Source: Albugo candida (lineage: Eukaryota). Taken from it: a stretch of DNA of 64,000 nucleotides. Below are positions 25,958 through 36,864 of the stretch, piece by piece. The stretch is from contig JBDOQK010000023.1 of NCBI GenBank assembly GCA_040437565.1, positions 62,001-126,000 of the forward strand, given 5' to 3'. The notes under the pieces are model-generated. The model saw nothing but the letters and a program-made list of their open reading frames with translations, was not told the origin of the DNA and searched no databases. A program made the translations under genes and the position numbers. How positions within the stretch are numbered: the first letter of the stretch is position 1; each line of letters begins with the position of its first letter.

Positions 25958-28900
25958 TCAGCGTTGCCACGACATTCTTGATTGTGGGCTGAGCGAAATA
26001 GTGCTCGGCTGTTTCTGTTTTGTCGATCGTTTTTTCACTTTGGCATTATTTCTGAGCTTCAAAAGAGATGCACTGACAGACGAAGGAAGGCGTTCAAAGA
26101 CTTTATGGCTCACGAGATTGACGTAATACAATCGTCCCGTCTATGAACGATACAATTAGTAAAATGACAACATTCTTCACATCGGAAACAAGACCTTTGG
26201 ATCTGTACGACGTTCCCATTCTACCGGCAACGCTCCTACCATCGACTTGGTAGTATGGCCAACCTTTCCACCTCCATTGCAGTTATGTGAGCTCACTTGC
26301 GGTTCTTGATTCTGCTCCAAGCTGTCTTCCGTACTTTGACTGGACATTTCATCGTACGATCGAGCTGGATGGATCCAAGATGTGACTTTATGTTTGGTGT
26401 CATAAAAGTATACACGACCGGTTTTCCCTTGCGTTTTGCGAACCCATCCTTTCGGTAGAGTCTCCTGCTTATCATGTACGTTCTCTGGTTGCACGGAATT
26501 ATGATTTGCAAGCTTGGATTTCATCTTTCTTTGTAACTTGTGGGTCGTAGCATTCGAAGCCATCTTGTGGTACTTTGTCAATGCGAGTTCCGAATCAGAG
26601 AATGGACCAGAGACAAATGCTTGACCAATGTGATTCAAAGCCGATGTCGAATGTGTCGAAATCAATAATGGATCTCTTCTCTCAGTATTCGATTCACGAC
26701 TGGTAACCCAACGCGACTGACTGTCTATAGAAGGAGTGTGAGTGCTGTCATTGCTCTGACGCTCTTGCTCATCTTCTGAGGAATCGTCATCCAACTTTTG
26801 AGCACGAGTGTCAGAAACGAGCCTCTCCATACTGTGGTCTTGTACGTGGATGACCTCAAGATCAGGATCTTCCTCCGATAATTGCAAATCCTCGCCTTTA
26901 CTCGTCGCTACATCGACACCCTCATCGACGTCGACGCTTTCAGGCTGACATTCGTCCTTGTCGTTGTCATCACCATCCACAATCGAATTCGGAGCCTGCT
27001 TTATCTCAGCGTCATGCGATAGCTCTGAAGCTCGTGCTGAAATCAAGCCAATGTTTGGTCCTTCCGTCGATGAATTGTCGCCAACCTTCAGCATACATCC
27101 AACTTCCTTCTGGATGAGACGCCGTAAATGCACCAAATCGCATTTTTCCTGCTCAAAATCAAAATCAAGTCTCTCATTGATGTCGTATCGCGGTGGTTCG
27201 CCCAACTGCTGCCGGATCTTGCGAAAGTATGGGTGTTGCAATGCTTCATGCGCGGTGATCCGCCGTCGAGGATTCACACAAAGCAGCCGTCGCAATAAAC
27301 TCAAAGCCTCTGAAGACGCTCGACCTCGAAATGTTTTGGCGAATGCGTCGGATGCACAGGCCGGAAGACTATGCAGAAACTTGAGCGCATCACCTTCGAC
27401 ATTGTACCCGAGCTTCTCTCGACTTGGAACCGGAATCAGTGCAAATACTCGCGTCAATTGATCAATGAAATCCTTCCCGGGGAAAAGAGGTTTTCTCAAA
27501 ATTATTTCTGCAAAGATACAACCGATCGACCACATGTCAATTGTGGCGTCATAGCATCCATTTGGAGCGAGCATTATCTCTGGAGGACGATACCATCGCG
27601 TGATCACATATTCGGTCATCATATGCTGTGTCTTGGCGGGCTTTTCAGCTTCTTTGTGAAGATCCTTTGGTACTTTGGGAATGATGCGTGAGAGCCCGAA
27701 GTCGGTGATTTTCACACTGCAATTTTTGCTGATAAGCACGTTTCCAGGCTTTAGATCCCGATGAAGCACTCCGTTCTCATGCAAAACTTGAGCCCCACAC
27801 AGAATTTGATATATGATCGCCCTATTGAACATACCAATCAGCCTGTCAAGCGGTTGCAAGCTACGGTATACGCACGCGATGTGGGCTTCTTCCAGCTTTG
27901 TTTGGCTTTGTATGAGTCGATGAAGATCCGTGTCAACCATCTCCATCATCATATAAAGCTCATCTTTGGCAAGACACGTGCTTAGATTCTGCAAACAAAC
28001 AATCTACAAATTGTATGTGAGCGTGTGAAGCGCTTGAAAGACGGCTACTTGCATTCGGATGTTTGCCAAAGTACCGCATCAGACGAATCTCACGCAATGT
28101 GTGTTTGGCATCCCATTCATCACCCGCCATCGGTGTGAGCTTTTTGATGGCAACCTTTTCATTCGTGAGAACATCGATGGCACCACTACACAGCGAACAT
28201 GTCAGCAAACCTCTTCCCGAATGAATTCATTCCCAGTACCACACGACGCCGTACGATCCTTCACCGAGCACTTGTGTTGGCTTATAATTGGAAGAGACAT
28301 TGAAATGACACGCTTTGATAGTGAATCCTTCTCCGACTTTGCAGTCATTCTGTTGAATTGCATCATCAGCTGAAACAGAACTCTGAGTTGTTGAAAGCGA
28401 AGCTCTTGGAAGCAATGCTGGAGTAGCCAAACCGGCATCTCTTGTGAGAGAATCAGATGCTGGATTTTGATTCTTAAACGCCCAAACTTCATCGCAAATG
28501 TATCGCCGAAGAGTCGACAGTGGCAACGAACCTTGATCGAATGAGAAATCAATGGAATGAGACAGCTTTAATGGCGGAATATCTCCCCATTCCTCGACCA
28601 CTCCTTGGAAGAACGGATGAGCCAATGCTTCCTGCACGGAAAATCGTTTCTTTGGATTGAATTGAAGCAAATTTTGGATCAAATCCAAAGCGTGTGGCGT
28701 TGTATTTACACAAACATCGGCTAATCCATTCGAAGACGCATTGGGAAGTGTCGCCAGAAATCTCGCAGCATCTTTATCAATATCGTATCCACGCTCGCCT
28801 TCGTTCGGGATGGGAACCACTCGAAAAATACGCGCCAATTGATCCATGAAATCATTTCCCGGGAACAATGGCTTACGCGTAAGCAGTTCACCGAAAATGC

Positions 28901-29616
28901 ATCCCGCAGACCACATGTCAATTGCTCCATTATAGCATCCATTCGGCGCCAACATGAGCTCTGGGGGCCTGTACCATCGAGTGATAACGTACTCCGTCAT
29001 AGGAGTCGCATTCGACGGATTCGCATGTTGTTTTGGTATCATTCGCGCAAGTCCAAAATCAGTAATTTTCAGCTCGCAATCCTTATTCAATAATATATTT
29101 CCAGGCTTGAGATCGCGATGAAGCACTCCATTCTCATGAAGCGCTTGGATGCCACACAGTAATTGGAACATGATGACGCGTACATGTCCATCCGACAACG
29201 GACACGAGCTCTGTATCAGACGATGGAGATCCGTGTCTGCCAACTCCATCATCATGTACAGCTCATCCTTGTCCTCGCACATGTCGAGATCCACCAGAGA
29301 TATCACCTGCAGCAAGCATTAATGGACGATACCGAACGATTCTCCAAATTACATTCTCATGAGCGCCAAGACAACGCATCAGACGAATCTCACGCAATGT
29401 GTGTGTGGCATCCCATTCATCTCCGGCCATGGGAGTGATTTTCTTAATGGCGAGCTTCTCTTTTGTATGGATATTCGTCACAGCACAAACGACTCCGTAA
29501 GATCCTTTCCCAATCGCTCGAATGGGTTTATACTTTGCATCGACATGGAACACACATCCGTTGATAGTAAACCCTTTGTCATGCACTACAGGCATTGCTG
29601 AACGCTCTTTCGACAT
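25958..29616 (-). CDS. Tandem double MAP kinase (two TEY kinase domains) with two C-terminal WW domains, multi-exon
   Basis: Domain 1: GKGSYGVV, AIKK, HRDLKPGN, DFG, MTEYVITRWYRPPE. No stop before domain 2: GEGSYGVV|CGAID (intron 28186-28239), HRDLKPGN, DFG, MTEYVITRWYRPPE. WW motifs LPKGW..GRVYFYD..TSWIHP and LPVEWE..|TGRLYYVN. Confidence 0.88.
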
Positions 29617-29842
29617 GAATCAGCGTGTGATACAATGCAGTTGGTGTACAAAGAATGGAAATGAATGCTCCGACGAAATTGCAGTTTCAGGAGCTTTATA
29701 TATATATCATCTCTGCTTATTGGATGCGCGTCAAAGCAGAAACCGGCACGGAGCAGTTTTAGAAATTGACAGAAAACGCTCATTATGACGTTCGAGCGCT
29801 TCTGTTGTCATTCCAGCGGCCCAATCATTAGAGCGATCACTG

Positions 29843-30457
29843 ATGGCCAACGATGTGCGTCTGTCAAAGAAACTATCGTACGCACTCCGTCATGGAGCAT
29901 TGAGCCTGCGACTCGACATGGCGGCTGACGGGTATGTGGATGCGTCACAATTGTTGGCAAAGAGCATGTTTGCGTCGTACACGATCTCCGATATCGAGCG
30001 CGTGGTGGAAACGAATGAGAAGAAGCGATTTGAAATGAGATGTGATGGAGAACTCAAATTAATTCGAGCGACTCAAGGTCACTCCCTCAAACAAGTTAAT
30101 GATGAGGATCTACTGACACTTATACGAAATGCCGATGAGATGAAAGATTGCATTCACGGCACTTTGGAGCGGAATTGGACACACATTAAAAGGTTGGGAC
30201 TGGCGAGCATGAAGCGGAATCATATTCACTTTACGACGCAAGAAATTGGCGAGAATGTCATTAGTGGTATGAGGAAGAATTGTGAGGTTATGATTCACAT
30301 TGATTTCAGACGCGCGATGAACGATGGGATCAAATTCTATCGGTCGAGCAACAATGTCATTTTGACGCGCGGAATCAACGACTCGGGAACGCTTCCGAGT
30401 GAGTACGTCGCGCATGTTACGAGAATTCGCGATGGCGCAATTATTTATCGCCGGTAA
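29843..30457 (+). CDS. TRPT1: tRNA 2'-phosphotransferase (Tpt1/KptA)
   Basis: LSKKLSYALRHGA, KKRF, IRATQGHS, HGT, RNHIHF, SGMR, SSNNVILT. Confidence 0.95.
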   Translation: MANDVRLSKKLSYALRHGALSLRLDMAADGYVDASQLLAKSMFASYTISDIERVVETNEKKRFEMRCDGELKLIRATQGHSLKQVNDEDLLTLIRNADEMKDCIHGTLERNWTHIKRLGLASMKRNHIHFTTQEIGENVISGMRKNCEVMIHIDFRRAMNDGIKFYRSSNNVILTRGINDSGTLPSEYVAHVTRIRDGAIIYRR

Positions 30458-30915
30458 TGGATTGAGGGTAGTGAGGGAAGAATCAGAACAATTTTGAGTG
30501 AAAGAGTGACGTGTATTGAGTACTTGAGGAAGTAATTGTATTGAGTGAAACTCAGCGTTCCGATTCGAATCATTACGGAATCCGACTTGCTATTGCAAAT
30601 TGACAGAATCGTTCATCCGAACGAGACCAAAAAATGGTACATCATCGTTTCTAAGAGCAAATTGAATTGTGATGAGGAAATTGAATGGAGCGCAAGGCTT
30701 TCGTTGGATTGGATCAGAGATTGTGTGGCGTACCACATAACGTTAGGATACCGAGATAGGTTAAGGAAGGGATCGGTAATGCTTTCGACATTGAANNNNN
30801 NNNNNNNNNNNNNNNNNNNNNNNNNNNNNNNNNNNNNNNNNNNNNNNNNNNNNNNNNNNNNNNNNNNNNNNNNNNNNNNNNNNNNNNNNNNNNNNGGTTA
30901 AGGAAGGGATCGGTA

Positions 30916-31464
30916 ATGCTTTCGACATTGAAAGAACACTCACAACGACTGCTCGATAACAATTTCGAAGCCGTCGATAATGCGGAAGCACAACCACAAG
31001 AAAACGTCACATCTTCATGGTGTAAGAGTCTCACGTACCAGGAGCGAATATTGGGTGGGGCCATTTGCCTTCTATTAGGATTCTTATTGTCACTTGGTTC
31101 CACGATTCGTTTAGCGCGCCTTGCACACGGTCATCCAGGTCCTTTTGCTGTGGCTTACACATTCGGAAACTGCTTATCATTATCATCGTCATGCTTCTTT
31201 GTTGGTCCATCGAAACAGCTCGAAACAATGATGCGGCCAAAACGACGCGTCTCGGCAATGCTTTACCTCTTCTTTATAGGTCTTACCCTAGTGTTATGTT
31301 TCGCACACCATATATACCATCGTATACTGTGGGTCCTACTTTCGGTTCTGTGCCAATTTTTGGCGCTCATATGGTACTGCTTGTCATATGTTCCTTACGG
31401 CCGCAGCATCGCGTTAGGATGCTGTCGAAGAATCTTTTTGGGTACTACAGATGACGAAGTATGA
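30916..31464 (+). CDS. SFT2: Got1/Sft2-family vesicle transport protein (start uncertain; gap-duplicated 5' end)
   Basis: LTYQERILG, FAVAYTFGN, FFVGPSKQLETM, QFLALIWYCLSYVPYGR; four hydrophobic segments. Confidence 0.9.
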   Translation: MLSTLKEHSQRLLDNNFEAVDNAEAQPQENVTSSWCKSLTYQERILGGAICLLLGFLLSLGSTIRLARLAHGHPGPFAVAYTFGNCLSLSSSCFFVGPSKQLETMMRPKRRVSAMLYLFFIGLTLVLCFAHHIYHRILWVLLSVLCQFLALIWYCLSYVPYGRSIALGCCRRIFLGTTDDEV

Positions 31465-31634
31465 GCACAGTTCAATGACACACTCAAATGTACCAATGAC
31501 CCGTCCCTATGTGATGTGTTACCGGATTAGCCACACTATAGGGGACCTGGAACGATTAGTAAACTTTCATTCCGAAGGCTCAATTTTAATGTTTTATTAT
31601 ACGTTATATAATTCACGAAATTTCAAAACTCATT

Positions 31635-32300
31635 TTATCCAATGCTTCTACGAGAAAGCCCACGATCTGTCCAATCCAATGATTCCGTTTCCGACAAAAG
31701 CGATTTACTGATCCCCATAAATTTGCTTCGATCTCGTGCGCGAATTTCGTGTTGCGTGGGAGTAACTTTCTTCAAATCATACTGCCGATCTTGTGCTGTG
31801 TTTGATACAAAGTCCAAGTACGCACGGCTGTAGGAAGCGGACGGGTTTTGCTCAATAGTATACAGTATCTTTTCAATCGCAAGTTGTTTTTTCTCAATTG
31901 CTTGTGGCGATTCGCCCCAAAAGAAATTGCGTAATGTGTTCTCGCGCGGTAAAACCGGTAGCGTACCACGCATAACAGACCCCACGGCGCTGTGTAAGAG
32001 CTCAAACTCATGAAACGAGCGATATATTGTGTACACGTTACATATCGTGATATTTCGCGTTTTCTCGTTTTCTATGGAATGTATTTCATGATGAGGAAAC
32101 GTTTGAGTGTCACCATGGTAGTTTTTCATGAGCGCTGGACTGAACATGTCGTCCATCCTACGTATTGTGCATTTGACTTCAATGATAAAATCTAGCGCTC
32201 CTTTGCGATGATTTTGTACGGCACCATGCACTCGGAATGAATGTAAGCGTTGAAAGCTTTCGTACGGCATCTCCTCGCCCAGAGAGCTGATTGGTTGCAA
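31635..32300 (-). CDS. PX (phox homology) domain protein; 5' end uncertain
   Basis: IYRSFHEFELLH..LPVLPRE..IEKKQLAIEKIL..YLDFV matches the PX pattern RRYSEF..LH..LP.LP..R...LE.YL..FL. Confidence 0.7.
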   Translation of the reverse strand: MQPISSLGEEMPYESFQRLHSFRVHGAVQNHRKGALDFIIEVKCTIRRMDDMFSPALMKNYHGDTQTFPHHEIHSIENEKTRNITICNVYTIYRSFHEFELLHSAVGSVMRGTLPVLPRENTLRNFFWGESPQAIEKKQLAIEKILYTIEQNPSASYSRAYLDFVSNTAQDRQYDLKKVTPTQHEIRARDRSKFMGISKSLLSETESLDWTDRGLSRRSIG

Positions 32301-33156
32301 TTTGGCTGCCCTGAAAAACTTGTCCAGACTGTAGTTGTCCCGTTTTTAAGCTTCCATACCCTCCCCTGCTTCTGTCCTTTCCTACACAGATCATTACCGG
32401 ATTCGGTACTTAACCGCGTTGAATACTGGTAGAATTGAAGTGTACAAACGATTCTGATACTGATGTTGACCACATTGTTGGCTGTTCATGCTCGTAGCGA
32501 TTTATACAAATGACATACATTTCGTGTCACCGACTCCGTTTCTGTGGAAAATACTGGATCAAACCGAAGTAGTGGAATGCATATCGACCGATAAGCGCAG
32601 CCACTCTGTCGAGATTAATCCATGATGCAAATATGCCGTTCGAGATTGCGTTGTTGCCGATTGACGCGTCGGTGAGTTAGCTACTTGTCGCTTATCGGTC
32701 TTAAGAGATTTTGGGTCGAAAATAGAAAGTCTCCTTGAAGTTGCTTAAGCTGTACCACTGTATCACATTCTTGTTGCGGTCGTGTGTACCATAGTTGCCC
32801 GGGCTGAATGATTGTGTAACACTGTCAAATATGATATCGATACGATTGCCTGAAGGTCCAACTCTTTTTCAGCTTCTAAATGATCTGATGTCCTAATCGA
32901 CTCTTCTTCAAACTGCGAATGTCCTAACCCTTTCGGACGGACAGTTGGGATAAAAAATAACTCCCTTATTTCTCGTAAAATACAGCTCAAGATCGCTTTC
33001 ATGTTTTAAACACTGTTTGTTTTCATTTTCCATACATTTAAAGACGATGTGTTTTTTTTAAGTTTTGCTTGTATTTCACAATCTGAATATAATACATTAG
33101 GAAAATGCGTCGACCAACAACGTTAGCATCAGCGCGGTACCTTCGCGAGTCTATTC

Positions 33157-34605
33157 ATGGAACTGTGCTTTAGTTGCTACCTCTAATCATTGATAGCGGA
33201 GACTTGATCATATCTGGCGATTGCGGAGGCACAAACACTCGACTTTCTATTTGGATCGTGCCTCACAACGCACATAAGTTTAAAGGTCGTGACTCTGATA
33301 AACTTTATATCCTTTGGCCGCTCATATTTCTATGAAGGAAACATTGCCCCTGGAGAGATTCTTTTTGCGAAAAAATATATCAATGAGAATCATTCCAGTT
33401 TCGCTGAAGTCGCGCATCTCTTCCTAAAAGAAGCAAATTTGGGCGATGAAGTACCTGTGGCGTGTGTGCTAGCTTGTGCGGGTCCGATCATGAACAATAC
33501 AGTCGAGTAAACTGCTCTTGTCTACCTCCACGTTGTCATTCACTCTAACACCTTATCTCTTAGATTCACGAATATCGAGTTTGGATGGCGCATCAATGGG
33601 AACGCTCTCGAGCGCGAGCTTGGAATCAAAACAGTCAAATTGATAAATGATTTTGCTGCGATGGGATATGGTCTCCTGACATTGAAGCCTCATGAATATA
33701 TCATTCTGAACGACGTAGAGCGCGAAGAAGGTGCTCCTATTGCAACCATTGGCGCTGGAACTGGATTGGGACAATGTTATCTGACTGCCGGAAACGATGG
33801 AAAGTATTCTTGTTTCGCTTGTGAAGGTGGCCACACGGATTACGCGCCCATCGATGAGATAGAGACCGAGTGCTACGAGCACATGAAGAAGAAGGTACAC
33901 TGTATACTTCTGATGGGCTACTCCTTACCGTTTTATATAGCTGGGTTGCCATAAACGGTTATCTGTGGAACGTATTGTAAGCGGTCCGGGTCTAGCCAGT
34001 GTTTACGAATTCCTTACCAAGAAGTTTCCGGAGAAAGTGAGTCCTGTGGTCCAGCAAGAGTTTGAAAAGGAAATTGCATTACAAGGAAAAGTAGTGGGAA
34101 TGCATGCGAAAACAGATGAACTTTGCAAGAATGCGATGGAGATATTTGTCGGGTACGTGCGTTGTGCGTTTCCCATACAAAAGCGATTTGGTTCACGTAT
34201 CGCTGTAATTCACGCAGCGCATACGGGCGAGAGGCTGGAAATGCAATTTTAAAGTACTTGCCACGTGGCGGATTTTATATTACGGGTGGACTTGCACCGA
34301 AAAATTTGGATTTTTTCACTCAGAGCGATATTTTCCTAAATGCGGTTTTTGACAAGGGACGGGTGAGTGATGCGGTCAAGTCCGTTCCGATTTATTTGGT
34401 TTTGACCGAAGATATTGGTGAACGTGGCGCCCACTATTATGCGTATGCGCTATTGCAGAATTACAAATGTAAGCATCTTTTGCATGCGAAACCGCTATGT
34501 TCGGCGTTAAATCCGGAGACGGAGGCAAAACTACTTTTGTATGGCGCGGCAGTGTCACTTTGCGCTGCAGTTGGGTGCTGCGCGCTTCTATTGCGAAAAA
34601 GATGA
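33157..34605 (+). CDS. Bacterial-type glucokinase (Glk family), multi-exon, with C-terminal hydrophobic tail
   Basis: GDCGGTNTRL, ACAGP, INDFAAMGYG, GAGTGLG, CEGGH, ERIVSGPGL, GGFYITGGLAPK; several short GT-AG introns. Confidence 0.92.
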
Positions 34606-35286
34606 TATACGAATTTCGGCTCAGGGAAGGTCGAGTTTGCGTTAAGCATAGCAGTTCTCCAATGGAATAAAATAAAGCTTGTGTGGGTGTGAATTCACAC
34701 ACTCGAGTGTATTGTTAACGTTGCGGAGAATCGACTCATTCGTACTATATCGNNNNNNNNNNNNNNNNNNNNNNNNNNNNNNNNNNNNNNNNNNNNNNNN
34801 NNNNNNNNNNNNNNNNNNNNNNNNNNNNNNNNNNNNNNNNNNNNNNNNNNNNCTCAGAGCGATATTTTCCTAAATGCGGTTTTTGACAAGGGACGGGTGA
34901 GTGATGCGGTCAAGTCCGTTCCGATTTATTTGGTTTTGACCGAAGATATTGGTGAACGTGGCGCCCACTATTATGCGTATGCGCTATTGCAGAATTACAA
35001 ATGTAAGCATCTTTTGCATGCGAAACCGCTATGTTCGGCGTTAAATCCGGAGACGGAGGCAAAACTACTTTTGTATGGCGCGGCAGTGTCACTTTGCGCT
35101 GCAGTTGGGTGCTGCGCGCTTCTATTGCGAAAAAGATGATATACGAATTTCGGCTCAGGGAAGGTCGAGTTTGCGTTAAGCATAGCAGTTCTCCAATGGA
35201 ATAAAATAAAGCTTGTGTGGGTGTGAATTCACACACTCGAGTGTATTGTTAACGTTGCGGAGAATCGACTCATTCGTACTATATCG
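34319..35286. repeat. Exact direct duplication (34319-34752 = 34853-35286) across a 100-N gap; the second glucokinase 3' end is an artefact
   Basis: Identical ORFs at offset 534. Confidence 0.9.
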
Positions 35287-35399
35287 AATGTAATTTTATA
35301 TAATGTTGACTGTACCGCATCTTCGGGAGAGATGATCTCTTCTTTGCCGAAGACGTTGTGATTCAAGCAAAGTGCATTGCGGCTTTGTATGCTGCAAAG

Positions 35400-35687
35400 A
35401 TGTCTCAAAGTCAAGACACGTTGGAGTATAAAGAGCGTGCGGAAAGTGAGGATAGCTATGAACGGATATCGACTGACGAAATTGTGTCCACATTCGCCAT
35501 TGATGAAGAGTGGGAAGGAATTCAATGTTTGCAGCCGAAAGGCGCTTCGGCCACTGAGAAGATAACGAAACAGTTGACACCCGACGAGAAGGCTCGTAGC
35601 GAACTTATCGAATTTTATCGACAACGAGCACGACAGAGCGCGGCAGCCGGAAAAGAATGCGAGAGTGAACCACTTGAACGCACATAG
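35400..35687 (+). CDS. Small acidic hypothetical protein
   Basis: ATG-initiated 95-codon ORF with charged, protein-like composition in the gene-dense region. Confidence 0.45.
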   Translation: MSQSQDTLEYKERAESEDSYERISTDEIVSTFAIDEEWEGIQCLQPKGASATEKITKQLTPDEKARSELIEFYRQRARQSAAAGKECESEPLERT

Positions 35688-35769
35688 TATTAGTTTGCAG
35701 AGTAGGTGACAAATTAGAGGAGCTTAACACGAATAGAGCGTGTTTTAACGGTTATCATTTGCATGCAAG

Positions 35770-36522
35770 ATGTGTCGAGCAATTCTACAAATCATTTGGT
35801 CAATTCAATTTTTGACGTTTCCGAATGGAAATGCGGAGGTAACGGTACACTCCAACGATATTCGGACTTCAGCGTTTCGGATTGATTCTCTTGCTTCGAC
35901 AAAAGAAACGCATTTAAGAGAATCGATTGCAGCTGAAGCTGATTTGTATCTGTACCAAGTCGTAAGGGCCGAACACTACCGATTCAACGACACTGTGTTA
36001 TATCATTTAAAGAATCTCGATCGTGCCAAAGTGTATATAGTCAAGATCTCCTATCCCGCTTCCATTCCGAGTTCTTTTAGTCTTGTGGAAATTAATTCAT
36101 CTGCTAAGCAATCACTATCAAATGTAAGAGGTCGAAGACTCAACACGGAAATATTTCCCGTCACGTTTGAAGATACCGATTCAAGCTTTGCAGCAAATGG
36201 ATTGGTTCAAAAGGATATACTGATACACATTCAAAGTGAAGGAGTGCTTCCAATTGGCGGAATAGTACCGTCCCATTGTCTGTATGATATCGCTGTAGAA
36301 GAGCTTCTCTATGGATTCATGCCATCCGCTACAATTCGTCTGATTCTGTGGGCAATATTTCTTTTAATCGTGTTGCGAGTATTTGTGTGGAATTACGTCG
36401 TGCAAACGATCTCTTTGGAAGCTGACGATGAACAAGTTGCGAGGAGAAAAGTCACACAGCCAAGATGCATGAAGGCGCTCAGCTCAAAGGCTACACACCA
36501 AATTGACTCAAAAGATCAGTAA
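35770..36522 (+). CDS. Uncharacterised type I membrane protein (signal peptide, lumenal domain, C-terminal TM)
   Basis: Hydrophobic N-terminus; YIVKISYPASIPSSFSL motif; TM LILWAIFLLIVLRVFVW near the C-terminus. Confidence 0.7.
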   Translation: MCRAILQIIWSIQFLTFPNGNAEVTVHSNDIRTSAFRIDSLASTKETHLRESIAAEADLYLYQVVRAEHYRFNDTVLYHLKNLDRAKVYIVKISYPASIPSSFSLVEINSSAKQSLSNVRGRRLNTEIFPVTFEDTDSSFAANGLVQKDILIHIQSEGVLPIGGIVPSHCLYDIAVEELLYGFMPSATIRLILWAIFLLIVLRVFVWNYVVQTISLEADDEQVARRKVTQPRCMKALSSKATHQIDSKDQ

Positions 36523-36864
36523 ATGTGTATAGTCGACGTATACAATTCGCCTACAAAAACGTACCCATCTTAACTTGAACGAAGAAAAACTCGGCCACAA
36601 AATTCCAGTTTATAAAAAATTAGGATCACTGCATCAAGGCTATATTTGAAATATCAATCTCACCAGATTCATCGGACTCCTGTTCCACTTTTTCTCACTA
36701 CTTTTATGTTTTCTCCTCCTCACGCTCCTCTTTGCCCTCAGAATCACTCGCAATTACTCGAAAGTCACTCAGTTTCGTTCTGTAAGCCTCCGACCTCACT
36801 CCCTCAAAATAACTCGATCTAATTTTACAGCGCGGATGGCGGTACTAAAAATGCCACAAATCCA

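Noticed and set aside
34897-35139. Second glucokinase C-terminal ORF
   Set aside because: Exact copy within the 34853-35286 gap overlap
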